Origin: Candidatus Marsarchaeota archaeon
GTDB lineage: Archaea; Micrarchaeota; Micrarchaeia; Micrarchaeales; Micrarchaeaceae
DNA length: 29,602 nucleotides
NCBI GenBank assembly: GCA_023485745.1
Contig: JAMCZL010000019.1
Location: 1 to 29,602, forward strand
Direction: 5' to 3'
The position numbers were made by a program, and so were the translations under genes. Every line of letters starts with the position of its first letter. The first letter of the stretch is position 1. Shown in pieces: positions 16,801 to 24,967 of the stretch. The notes below the pieces were generated by a model, which saw only the letters and a program-made list of their open reading frames with translations, did no database searches and was not told the origin of the DNA.

Positions 16801-19800
16801 TTCTGGGGTAACATTCAACTCCCTCATACCTCTGGCTTTGACTACGGACTATGCGGACGACAAGTTTATTGTTGGAATTGATAGGAATACAATAGGCGCC
16901 AATGGCTGCTCGGCCCACTTCGCCATACCGCCTATTTCGTGCAAACGCGAAAAATTCGAGGTGGACGCCCTGCTTTCAAACGGCACCGCAATAACCAGCG
17001 AATTTACCTCTGGAAACATCGGTGGCTTCGTCCCGTCCAGTGAAATAGCCGCTGCCCCCGGAGGCCAGTTCGTTTATCTTGCAAGTCCGCGCTTCGGATA
17101 CCTTGCAGTTTTCAGCGTGGGGTCAAACTCCATATCATACGCGGGCACGCAGTCTTTAAGCTATTCAAACTCGACGGAAAATTTCAATATAGCGAAGTAC
17201 TTGCAGGACGGGGGGCCGTTCAACAATAGCGCCATCGCAAATGCGTATGCTGGCACCCCCACTACAAACGACATACAAAGCAACCATCACGTCATCGGAA
17301 TAACCGACTTCGAAGGCATAAACTACATACTAGACAACTGGACGTTTACTGTCAACGGCCTGACTTCTACAATGCTCATGCTCAGGGCATTTACGTCGAA
17401 CGGCACAGAAATACCAATAGACCCTTCGCTTATACCCGATACGATTGCCGCCAACCCTGCAGCGATATCTACTACGACGGGAAGCTCAGGCATAAGATAT
17501 TTTCCACCGTACGGTTGGCCGCTTTCGGTCAATATCTCAATAAGCAACAATAAATACGTATCATACTGCGCTGCGGATTGCACCTACACTCCAAACACAA
17601 TAGGATCAAATTCAAATGGCTACGAGCCAATAGGGCCGTTCATAAACGCAAATGGATACGAGCCAGCAGTGAATGATACTGCGTTTTCGGCAGCATTCAA
17701 TGGAAGCATGATGATACTCGCGCATCCATACATTTATACTTCCTCTGTTGCAGTAGGATTTCCGGCTAAAGGTTTGTACACAGAGCTGCTGAATTTCAAG
17801 ATGAACCTGGAAAACTACACAAAAATCTCATTGGGCGCAGACGCACCGTACAACTGCTTTATAAGCACTCCAGTAAAAAACACGCCATGCATTTACGACA
17901 CCAATGTTGCCGACATATATCCTCCTTTTGAGGATGTGCCAAGCTCATTCAACTATGTGCTTTCACGGGGCGCGCCACAGAATTTCCTGCAGCTTCAGAA
18001 CCTTGTCTCTTCGCTGTTTCCCAACGGAATAACCTCATCGCAGACAAACAACGATGCGAACACAGACAACGGAGTTACAAGTGGCTATCAACCTGGCACC
18101 AGTGGCACGGGCACCGCAAATCTCGGAACAACCTCTCTGCCAGAATATATCAATAGCAGCATAGACGGCTACCTTCTGGTGCCCTACTACACAAAATACA
18201 CGCTTCATCAACAGTGGTCGCCGAATCCAGACCCGCCAAATCCGGGTTCTGCGGCATCCTGCAAGGATTATACATTCAATGGCATCCAAAATGGAAACAA
18301 TGTAGGGGTAAGCTATACGTTCAACGGCTACTCCGTCGCGCAGGCAAACGTATCAACCAAGTCCAACGCCATAAACGAGACCGTAGCCGGCGGAGCCACA
18401 TACCTAGAGTACCTGCCCAACAGCAACATATACGCCCCACAAATTTCCGACGAATTCCTTACCCTGCCGTCAATAATCAATTACAAGATACTTACTAACA
18501 GGCTGCTTGGCAACATAACGGTAAACAACAGCGTGACCAGGAACGGCCTCCCTAACGTTTTAAGCCTTATAGCACAGGGCCTTACAAGCGAAATAAGCGC
18601 TACTGCCAATAGCCTTAGCACACCTTACTTCATAAACTCAACGCACAACTACAATTACCAGCTTCTTACCCTTGACCAGCAGACAAACTTCAACGGGCAG
18701 GGCACCTCAGAATATGATGGCTATGCCCTTCAGGAAATAATGCCGATATCGCCCCAATACGGCACCGCAAGCAGCTCAAAATCGCCCTATTCGAGTGCTT
18801 TCAACTATACAAACAGCACGCTAACGACATATTCGCAGCTGTTTAGCATTTTTACGCGCACTTCGTACCTGAACAGCATGCTACTTAATGTCAGCGGAAA
18901 CAAAAACATTATTGGCTACAACCGGCTCATGTACAAGTTCGTTGACGCGTTCAACAATACGATATACATGCCGGTAGACCTTAACTTCGCAAACATAACC
19001 TATATAACAGACACCGCCAACCCAATTGTAAATCCCATAAACCCGAACGAAACGAAAGTAAAGGTTGTAGGCAGCGCCGGATTCAGGAGCGGAATTCTGG
19101 GGCTGAAGTACACGCCTCTGCCAGAGGGCTCGCCGATATACATATACTACGACACAAACATAAACTACTACAACTCGAGCTCAACCCCCAGTTCAAATCC
19201 AACCGCATACTACACCTATGCCTTGAAGTGCGCGTTCTCCACCAATGCCACCGGCTGCCAGTACTCAAACCCCCTGGCAACCATAACCCAGGGCGTATAC
19301 GCTTCTGAGGCCAACACCATAAATTTCGCCACATCATACAATTCAATAGGGCCGGACGAATGCGCTAACGAGTCAAAGAGCCTGCTTGCGGTGCCTATAA
19401 GCCCGCCGGCAGTGTGCAACATATACGGAGATAACGGCCTGCCATCTGTAAAGTACTCTCCAATGCTTGGCGCATACGAATACTGCATACCTGAATACGC
19501 AAACGGCAGCGGAACAAGTTTCACTTCACAGCTGGGCCTTGTCAAGACAGTGTACACAAACTCTACGGGAGGGTTCTCCGCGTCGTTCAACGTTTGCGGC
19601 ACCGGACAGGAAAGGGTAATAGCCCAGTACTATGGCAACCCGCCTCCAGAGCCAAACATAATTTACCAGCCTCCGTTAAGGCTGAGCAATGGCACAAACT
19701 ACGATCTTCTCATTAACGAGGAGAAGACGTTTGAATACAACTACTCCTATGCGCCAAATGCCACTGTGGAAGGCGTCACAATAGGCAACTATGCGCTGGA

Positions 19801-19960
19801 TTTCGGCAATCTGGGAATGCTTGCAACTGCCGGCGCTATCGCCATAGCCGCGGCATTGCTCATGTTCCAGGCGTCAAGGCGCCGCGCAAAGCCAGGCAGA
19901 AATGCCACATATGCACCGATAAAGGGAAATAAAAAGCCAACGCGCAAAAATGGCAAATAA
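13868..19960 (+). CDS. Giant (2030 aa) secreted, C-terminally anchored surface protein
   Basis: Class I signal peptide (MSANKRLIIAAFVLAIAVVLIDNQASA), Gly-rich module, many Cys pairs and N-x-S/T sequons, beta-propeller-like strands (EIAAAPGGQFVYLAS), TM helix at about 19811-19867 and a Lys/Arg-rich tail. Confidence 0.88.
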   Translation: MSANKRLIIAAFVLAIAVVLIDNQASAASQPSITVQVATPPQNALSVTAMSPVIEQGPKLSCPPGVPNQGNLVIASSETLSSDLCANTIVVDSGVVLTTASYSITAIYSFTNNGLILSGPLANGGSAITDLKKNGNGANGDNSNLGGGAGGTGSAQCPNGLSGSGGGGPGASGGSSSCYALYTWSTDGGSNSGGGGGGGGFSVGGGGGGAAGGQGAGNVIIYAKDFFNKGTIAAPGYSGGSGSYWGGGGGGAGYIELFITASKASNIEIGGVSAIGGSGGLISECSGNFGSGAGGGGGVIDVYVLSYLTSEVSGSFVVAGGHYGVDTGGCSYSHGSSGKSGSYAIKSIPPIIDVPHGCYGGSTLDNGYCNIYTNSSNPISASQYSGYAGDGSFVVQPSTSSTGTVIPQVLKYNSQDAQWLITCPMSPDPSNTIEYLVTSNASHIAGNRCLASATALDTIVRQHIYISWSQSSPANATVNIAFLNLSDPVVNNLGYSPQANMSTNPGNFVLSNGYDTQSYIFDSVPTMPQSAIWSWHARYADLSKVNVGPLHNQTTLKNLYFYTTPSGGTYTGGANYCNYTYDYTENSIVDQVTNAFITIPVDVEGIKFPSYLLFQGSLYQPATVIKRAPSAEFSCASDLYYNDPGKCPSGYGLRSASLVGAGEFFYGGALQPGDTPASPCLDGSCLGNWPHTQTVPVFTSNAPSFQGNYIVARSYCTITIPLTSDCIAWGYNAYRIPISTMAFKNVTALPYYLYNFSMPATISNVNGRAEFLNLSFDMYSPHNYLAPANYLDSMPLHTGSGFFATDGNGDLVEYPSTEVTNPSNTAFNDPSTDFFTSLSNTVVASLGLLSFLNPSQSQAIGPFRVGQVQEPTYIASSPNDYIYIFNYTSSCGFLCLTSTAKTFLITMRFIPVGYFNMTNYQPNVLENQLFPSKKAYASAWESYWKKALLEQSANLYVTNVTPITSTTQILFGLANVGSSGVTFNSLIPLALTTDYADDKFIVGIDRNTIGANGCSAHFAIPPISCKREKFEVDALLSNGTAITSEFTSGNIGGFVPSSEIAAAPGGQFVYLASPRFGYLAVFSVGSNSISYAGTQSLSYSNSTENFNIAKYLQDGGPFNNSAIANAYAGTPTTNDIQSNHHVIGITDFEGINYILDNWTFTVNGLTSTMLMLRAFTSNGTEIPIDPSLIPDTIAANPAAISTTTGSSGIRYFPPYGWPLSVNISISNNKYVSYCAADCTYTPNTIGSNSNGYEPIGPFINANGYEPAVNDTAFSAAFNGSMMILAHPYIYTSSVAVGFPAKGLYTELLNFKMNLENYTKISLGADAPYNCFISTPVKNTPCIYDTNVADIYPPFEDVPSSFNYVLSRGAPQNFLQLQNLVSSLFPNGITSSQTNNDANTDNGVTSGYQPGTSGTGTANLGTTSLPEYINSSIDGYLLVPYYTKYTLHQQWSPNPDPPNPGSAASCKDYTFNGIQNGNNVGVSYTFNGYSVAQANVSTKSNAINETVAGGATYLEYLPNSNIYAPQISDEFLTLPSIINYKILTNRLLGNITVNNSVTRNGLPNVLSLIAQGLTSEISATANSLSTPYFINSTHNYNYQLLTLDQQTNFNGQGTSEYDGYALQEIMPISPQYGTASSSKSPYSSAFNYTNSTLTTYSQLFSIFTRTSYLNSMLLNVSGNKNIIGYNRLMYKFVDAFNNTIYMPVDLNFANITYITDTANPIVNPINPNETKVKVVGSAGFRSGILGLKYTPLPEGSPIYIYYDTNINYYNSSSTPSSNPTAYYTYALKCAFSTNATGCQYSNPLATITQGVYASEANTINFATSYNSIGPDECANESKSLLAVPISPPAVCNIYGDNGLPSVKYSPMLGAYEYCIPEYANGSGTSFTSQLGLVKTVYTNSTGGFSASFNVCGTGQERVIAQYYGNPPPEPNIIYQPPLRLSNGTNYDLLINEEKTFEYNYSYAPNATVEGVTIGNYALDFGNLGMLATAGAIAIAAALLMFQASRRRAKPGRNATYAPIKGNKKPTRKNGK
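14075..14915 (+). repeat. Glycine-rich repeat module inside the giant protein, including in-frame (GGC)n runs
   Basis: Three ~40-45-aa units of G6-7 / hydrophobic strand / G-x-hydrophobic-x-A-x-G, plus further GGGG runs. Confidence 0.7.
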
Positions 19961-20003
19961 GCAAAACTTAAATATCAATTAATGCATAATAATATTGACA
20001 GGG

Positions 20004-21632
20004 ATGGTAGTAGAAATTGCATTTTTGCTGTTAAGTTTCAATGCTGTGCTAGTTCTGATTCCAGTAATAATAATCCTAATACTCATAGCGGCAGCAGCAG
20101 GCCTGACCCGCGGGACCGACATATTCGCCGTTTTCGGGGTCGCATCGATGCTTGGGATTGCGGGAGGCATGGGCAGGGGCGGCAAGGGCAAAGGGCTCAA
20201 GGCCGTTAGGTACGGCGCCAACCCCGTAATCAGGGGAAGGGCAGCCAGAAGCATGGCAAGGCTTGCAAAGATCAAAGGCAGCAAAACCAAAACGAATAAT
20301 TTTATAGGCGCTGCAAAAGCCCTGCGCCGAAATTTAAAGGTCCGTGGATTCTCAAGAAGGCCAAGCAGGCTTGCTAGAAACGTTGCTGGAAATGCCAAGC
20401 TTAGGGGCGCTGTAGAAAGGCTGGCTTCCGAAAAGGAGAAGCAGCTGGGTCCAAGGCTAGTGCTCGGCGGTGCAGGTGGCGTGATGGTTGGCGGAGCGGC
20501 TGCCGGCGCGGGTATAAATAATAGGGTACACCTGGCAGTTGCCGGAAGCGGCAAAAGCAAAGGGGACAAAGCAAATCCCGAAAAGGAAAGACAAAAAAAG
20601 GTGAAACTTGGCAAGCGCCTTACCCCACTCAGCGAACAATACTTAACTGCAGAAAAGCTTGGCCCTCTTGAGCCTAAGGGCTCCGGCGGCTCTGGAGGGG
20701 GAAGGGCAACCAAATTCATAGAGACTAAGGGTTCATACATACACATTGGACACACACGGAAGATAATATCAAAGATAACCAACAAGCCAATTATCGGCAA
20801 CGAAAATCCAGTAAGTATAATAAAAATACCTCACCACATTTTCATGTTTAGCGCTTCGCATCGCGAGGCTTACAGTGATGCCAAGGCCGCAGCAAAAAGG
20901 AAATCGGCTGCGGATTACGAGAGCTCAAAAGACTACCGCAGAAATGCAGACAAATATGAGCTCAAAAAAATAATGGATGAAAACAAAACAGAGATAAATC
21001 TGGCCATGATAACTGCAGGCATGGGCTTCCTTGAAAAGCGCAGGTTTCTAAAGAACCTACCAGAGCCAAACCCCCCCAAGGATGTAGATGGGGTTTCCTC
21101 TGGAGCCGGCGCCGACAAAACGACTGGCCTGGCACCTTTATCGTCAAACTCTAATGTTCCAGCAAATGGCGGAGAGGATTTACGCAGCAGAAACGTGCCT
21201 AAGCCAATGTCCCAAAAATCCCCTTCTGAAGAGGCCATAGCAGCCCAAAATTATTCCTATTTAAATGAGAAATCCAACGCCGGATCAGAAACGCCTTCAC
21301 TTGAGAATCTCGGGGGCGGCAGTTCATCATCGCGCGCTGAAGGAGGAAACTCTAGCGGCGGCGGATCGTCTTCACGTTCCGGATATTCGCAGGGCTCTGG
21401 AAATTCTAATGCAGGATCACAGGCGTTTGCAAATTCTTCAAGCCCCTATGCGATACTTGGCTTGCCTGAGGGTTCCTCATTCGAGGATGCAAAGAAGGCG
21501 TTCAGGAAGCTTACATTGCAGTACCACCCGGACCTTTTCAAGGACGAGATGCAAAAGCAAATAAACGAACAAAAGATGAAGCTAATAAACAGCGCTATGG
21601 ATTCTATCGAAGAGAAATACAATAAAAAGTAG
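20004..21632 (+). CDS. Membrane-anchored protein with a C-terminal DnaJ J-domain (class C J-domain protein)
   Basis: Two N-terminal hydrophobic segments, a long Lys/Arg-rich region and a Gly/Ser linker, then PYAILGL...KKAFRKLTLQYHPD...KMKLINSA at 21441-21632. The track starts at TTG 19995. Confidence 0.85.
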   Translation: MVVEIAFLLLSFNAVLVLIPVIIILILIAAAAGLTRGTDIFAVFGVASMLGIAGGMGRGGKGKGLKAVRYGANPVIRGRAARSMARLAKIKGSKTKTNNFIGAAKALRRNLKVRGFSRRPSRLARNVAGNAKLRGAVERLASEKEKQLGPRLVLGGAGGVMVGGAAAGAGINNRVHLAVAGSGKSKGDKANPEKERQKKVKLGKRLTPLSEQYLTAEKLGPLEPKGSGGSGGGRATKFIETKGSYIHIGHTRKIISKITNKPIIGNENPVSIIKIPHHIFMFSASHREAYSDAKAAAKRKSAADYESSKDYRRNADKYELKKIMDENKTEINLAMITAGMGFLEKRRFLKNLPEPNPPKDVDGVSSGAGADKTTGLAPLSSNSNVPANGGEDLRSRNVPKPMSQKSPSEEAIAAQNYSYLNEKSNAGSETPSLENLGGGSSSSRAEGGNSSGGGSSSRSGYSQGSGNSNAGSQAFANSSSPYAILGLPEGSSFEDAKKAFRKLTLQYHPDLFKDEMQKQINEQKMKLINSAMDSIEEKYNKK

Positions 21633-21666
21633 CAATCCGCCAAGCCCTACGCCTCAAGTGCGGGAT

Positions 21667-22386
21667 TCAAATAACACGCTTGAGGAGCTCGTTTGCCATG
21701 TCCTCGCCTGCTGCTATCTCTGGCATTACTATCCTGTAGGCTCCCGCATGCTCCAGCTTGGGTATGCTTCCCAGGCTGGCCGACCTTGCAATTATCCTTA
21801 TTCTGCTGTTTCCGGCCTTTGCAGATATGGCTATTAGGGCGTTATCCATGTCGTCCTCGGAGCATGCCACCAGGTACAGCGCGCGTTTTATCCCTGCTTT
21901 CTCAAAGGTCGAGCTGGAAGCCGGGTCCCCGAGAATTACAAGGTTGCCGTTCCTGTAAGCCCTCTCTGCGCCCCTTTCGGTCTCAGATACCACGGCTACC
22001 TTAACGCCCTTCTTTTCTGCGGCATCAATAAATGTGCCGGCAAAGCCGTTATAAGGGGCCACTATGGTGTGCGCAGACAGTTTTTTGATCTTTGATTCTA
22101 TTATTTTGTCCCTTACCCTCACGCTTTTTATGAAGTCAAAAAATATAGATGCGACCCACACTGTGAACATGACAAATACAAGCACGTCAAGCATGTCGGC
22201 CAGAAGTATCTGGGCGCTTGATCCTATGCTGATGGGCAGGCTGAAGTACCTTATGTCCATGGCCGCAAGCGCATTCCACAGCAGCGCGGATCCTGGGTCC
22301 AGCCCGGCTGAAACAGTGAGCAGGTATGAGATGAAAAAAATAACAAACGAGAATATTATTATTGCATAAAGCCTTTCGTTTTCCAT
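21667..22386 (-). CDS. 2TM + RCK_N (TrkA-N) channel-like subunit with degenerate pore
   Basis: TM1, pore-helix-like SALLWNALAAMDIRY and TM2, then an RCK_N domain (GDPAS...KAGIKRA...DDMDNAL...IIAR...AGAYRIVMPE). No TVGYG. Confidence 0.75.
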   Translation of the reverse strand: MENERLYAIIIFSFVIFFISYLLTVSAGLDPGSALLWNALAAMDIRYFSLPISIGSSAQILLADMLDVLVFVMFTVWVASIFFDFIKSVRVRDKIIESKIKKLSAHTIVAPYNGFAGTFIDAAEKKGVKVAVVSETERGAERAYRNGNLVILGDPASSSTFEKAGIKRALYLVACSEDDMDNALIAISAKAGNSRIRIIARSASLGSIPKLEHAGAYRIVMPEIAAGEDMANELLKRVI

Positions 22387-23154
22387 CTATCTCACCTTCT
22401 GCAATATCTTGTTTCCAATTTCAAGGCCTGCGAGCACTTCTGGTATTACACACATCGTGGCGTTGGCGCGCTGCATCTTGGACACCGAATCCTCGTCGCG
22501 CGCCCTGGTTATTATCTTTACCTTCCTGTTGAGGTAATGCGCAGCCACAACTCCAAGCAGGTTTTCAAAGTCGTCCTCTGAGGCCATGATGACGCACCGC
22601 GCCTGCGAAATAGCCGCTTCCTTGAGCACGGCGTCGTCTCCAAAGTCGCCCCTTATGGTGTTATAATTGAGCAGGTCCGCAGCCTCGGCCCTAGATTCGT
22701 TTTTTTCTATTACAATAAAGGGCATGCCCTTGGCCTTCAGTATCTGGCACAGGTCTTCTGACAGCGAATTAAATCCGCAAACCAATATGCCGTTCTTTAG
22801 CTTGCGTATCCTGAAGAATACAAACCTCTCCCTGAGCCTTATGTTCGTTATCAGGTCAACGATCCCTGCCAGGACAAAACCTATTACTGCTATCTTGATT
22901 ATTCCCAGCATAAAAAGTATTACGATAAATGCGGGGAAGGCCCTGCTGTAAACAGGTATTGCAGCAGTGACCATTGAGCCTCCGCTGACGCCAACCGCGT
23001 CAAACAGGGCGCTGGTGGTGAAGTATACCGCAGAGTAGAGCCCGACGCCTCTCGACTCTATAAAAAAAACCGCAAATACAAATACAAACGCCACTAGCAA
23101 CGCGAAGGCAATTATATACTTGACCGGTATTTCGGAACCGGCGCTGCTATTCAA
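22387..23154 (-). CDS. 2TM + RCK_N (MthK-like) channel subunit with degenerate filter
   Basis: TM1, pore helix LYSAVYFTTSALF, filter position DAVGV and TM2, then RCK_N (GDFGDDAVLKEA...DDFENLL...KIITRA). TTG start with SD GTGGTG; abuts the next gene with a 0-nt gap. Confidence 0.8.
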   Translation of the reverse strand: MNSSAGSEIPVKYIIAFALLVAFVFVFAVFFIESRGVGLYSAVYFTTSALFDAVGVSGGSMVTAAIPVYSRAFPAFIVILFMLGIIKIAVIGFVLAGIVDLITNIRLRERFVFFRIRKLKNGILVCGFNSLSEDLCQILKAKGMPFIVIEKNESRAEAADLLNYNTIRGDFGDDAVLKEAAISQARCVIMASEDDFENLLGVVAAHYLNRKVKIITRARDEDSVSKMQRANATMCVIPEVLAGLEIGNKILQKVR

Positions 23155-23169
23155 CTACACACCACGGCA

Positions 23170-23595
23170 TCATTTTAATATCTCATCAAGTATTTCCTTG
23201 CTGGCACTCTTCTGCGGCATCACTATGTAGTCTGCTCCTGCCTCCACCATTTTGTCCCTCACCCTGGCGTCGTTAGCCCTCGTGGTTATAAATATGTCCT
23301 TGTTGAGGTCCCTTGCCGTCAGCACCGCGAACAGGTTCTTGGCGTCGTTGTCCATTGCGAACGCCACTGCCTTGGCGTTCATTATCCCTGCGTCCTTGAG
23401 GACCTTCGGCTGGGTGCCATCGCCCTCTATGTACTGGTAATCCAGAGACTTCAGCTTCTCGCAGATCTTCGGCTCGAATTCAATAACGACAAGAGGCACC
23501 TTGTGCTCGCTTAAAACCTCAACTATCTTCTGGCCCACGACCCCGTATCCGCATACCACCACGTGGTTCTTCATTTCGTTTTTTTTCTCAGCCAT
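23170..23595 (-). CDS. Stand-alone soluble RCK_N / TrkA-N nucleotide-binding protein
   Basis: HVVVCGYGVVG (intact GxGxxG), VVIE, GDGT...LKDAGI, DNDAKNL and AGADYIVMP motifs. Confidence 0.9.
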   Translation of the reverse strand: MAEKKNEMKNHVVVCGYGVVGQKIVEVLSEHKVPLVVIEFEPKICEKLKSLDYQYIEGDGTQPKVLKDAGIMNAKAVAFAMDNDAKNLFAVLTARDLNKDIFITTRANDARVRDKMVEAGADYIVMPQKSASKEILDEILK

Positions 23596-23621
23596 TGCAA
23601 CAACCTCAAGGTCAAATATTA

Positions 23622-24791
23622 TTATCCATCCAAATTTTTTGCGCGCCCGCCATAACGCGACACGTTTCCGAATCTCGATATAGCGAAAAATTTCATATCG
23701 TACGGTATCTTCTTCCCATTTAGCATATTTACCGCGATCTCGCCAATTACCGAAGAGAATTTGAATCCATGGCCAGAGCAGGGGCTAAGCACAACAACAT
23801 TTTTGCTGCCCGGATAAAAGTCTATTATAAAATCTTTGTCGGGAGTGTTTGTATATATGCAGGTGGATTTTTCAGAGGGAGGCCCACGGACATCCGGCAT
23901 CCTGTCCTTAAGCATCTCACGCAAATACCCCAGGTCCCTCTTCTCAACGTCCTTTGGTCTGTCGTCAATCTTGCGCCTGTAGCTGCTTCTATGTATGCCC
24001 ATCTTCAGTTCGTTGCTCTCAACGCCGGGCACTCCATAAAAGCTATTCCTAGAATCCAGCTCCCATACAAACGGGACAAGGCTTTTTGGAGAGAATGCCC
24101 TTCCGCCCTTTTTAAACCAAAAGACTGCGACCCTGTGCGGATCTAGCGGCAATCGCATACCATTTTCAAGCTTTTTGGTCCAAGGCCCTGCCGCCAGCAC
24201 CAGCTTTTTGGCGCGGTATTCGCCCTTGTCGGTGCGCACCAAAATCGCATTGCCCTCTTCCTTCCATTCCTGCACGGTTTCTCTGAAATAAAATTTCGCG
24301 CCGTGTGCCTTGGCCAGCTTCACGTTTGCGCTTATGCATCTCTCAGGAAAAAGCACGCCGCCGTTCGGATCATAAACCCCCATCTCATCATCCAATGCCT
24401 TGAACTCCGGGAATCTGGATATTATATCTTTGCTGTTCAAAACGCTATAAGCAAGGCCCTCGGCCCTGGCAGAGTCTACTGCGCCCTTTACCATGGGCCC
24501 GCCTTCTTTGCCTATTACCATAAAACCTGTCCTGGTAATGAGCCTTTTCCCGGAAGCTTTTTCAAGCCTCTTCCAAAGCGCCAGGGCGCGCCTCAGCATC
24601 GGCACATATTCGGGGCCCTCGGAGTACACAATCCTGAATATCCTTGTTTTTCCGTGCGAGGAGCCGTTCTTGTGATTAAGTCCAAATTGTTCTATGACCG
24701 CGGTTTTCATGCCGGACGAGGCGGCATGGTACGCCACAGAGCTTCCCATAGCCCCGCAGCCGACAACCACCAGATCATAGGTCTTCTCCAC
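23622..24791 (-). CDS. Monomeric sarcosine oxidase / N-methyl-L-tryptophan oxidase family flavoenzyme
   Basis: VVVGCGAMG, GSSHGKTRIFR, TCIYTNTPD (flavinylation Cys position) and SPCSGHGFKF motifs. GTG start. Confidence 0.9.
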   Translation of the reverse strand: MEKTYDLVVVGCGAMGSSVAYHAASSGMKTAVIEQFGLNHKNGSSHGKTRIFRIVYSEGPEYVPMLRRALALWKRLEKASGKRLITRTGFMVIGKEGGPMVKGAVDSARAEGLAYSVLNSKDIISRFPEFKALDDEMGVYDPNGGVLFPERCISANVKLAKAHGAKFYFRETVQEWKEEGNAILVRTDKGEYRAKKLVLAAGPWTKKLENGMRLPLDPHRVAVFWFKKGGRAFSPKSLVPFVWELDSRNSFYGVPGVESNELKMGIHRSSYRRKIDDRPKDVEKRDLGYLREMLKDRMPDVRGPPSEKSTCIYTNTPDKDFIIDFYPGSKNVVVLSPCSGHGFKFSSVIGEIAVNMLNGKKIPYDMKFFAISRFGNVSRYGGRAKNLDG

Positions 24792-24805
24792 AGCCCTTAC
24801 CTAAT

Positions 24806-24896
24806 TAGCTCCAGCCAGATTCGAACTGGCGTTTACGGCTCCAGAGGCCGCCGTCCTTTTTTGGTTGCCTTGCAATGTCCACTAGACGATGGAGCT
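24806..24896 (-). tRNA. tRNA-Gln(CTG) with an ~18-nt intron in the D-loop (about 24859-24876)
   Basis: Acceptor AGCTCCA/TGGAGCT (A1:U72, typical of archaeal tRNA-Gln), anticodon arm GCGGC-CTCTGGA-GCCGT, T-arm GCCAG-TTCGAAT-CTGGC. Removing the insert gives a 73-nt cloverleaf. Confidence 0.9.
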
Positions 24897-24915
24897 AATC
24901 AGTTAATTATTCTGT

Positions 24916-24936
24916 GCAATATATTTTATATATTGC
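24916..24936 (-). promoter_or_regulatory. tRNA-Gln TATA box embedded in a 21-bp inverted repeat
   Basis: GCAATATAT-TTT-ATATATTGC; minus-strand TATATAAA at 24932-24925, about 29 nt upstream of the tRNA 5' end. Confidence 0.5.
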
Positions 24937-24967
24937 TATGCCACGCCAGAATTTTTACGCCCGCGCG

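Noticed and set aside
17613-17665. 17-bp direct repeat with one mismatch (NGYEP twice) in the giant gene
   Set aside because: Only two copies; an ordinary small intragenic duplication, not CRISPR- or DGR-like.
19979-20800. 273-aa Pro/Leu-rich minus-strand ORF
   Set aside because: Mirror of the Gly/Lys/Arg-rich J-domain gene on the other strand.
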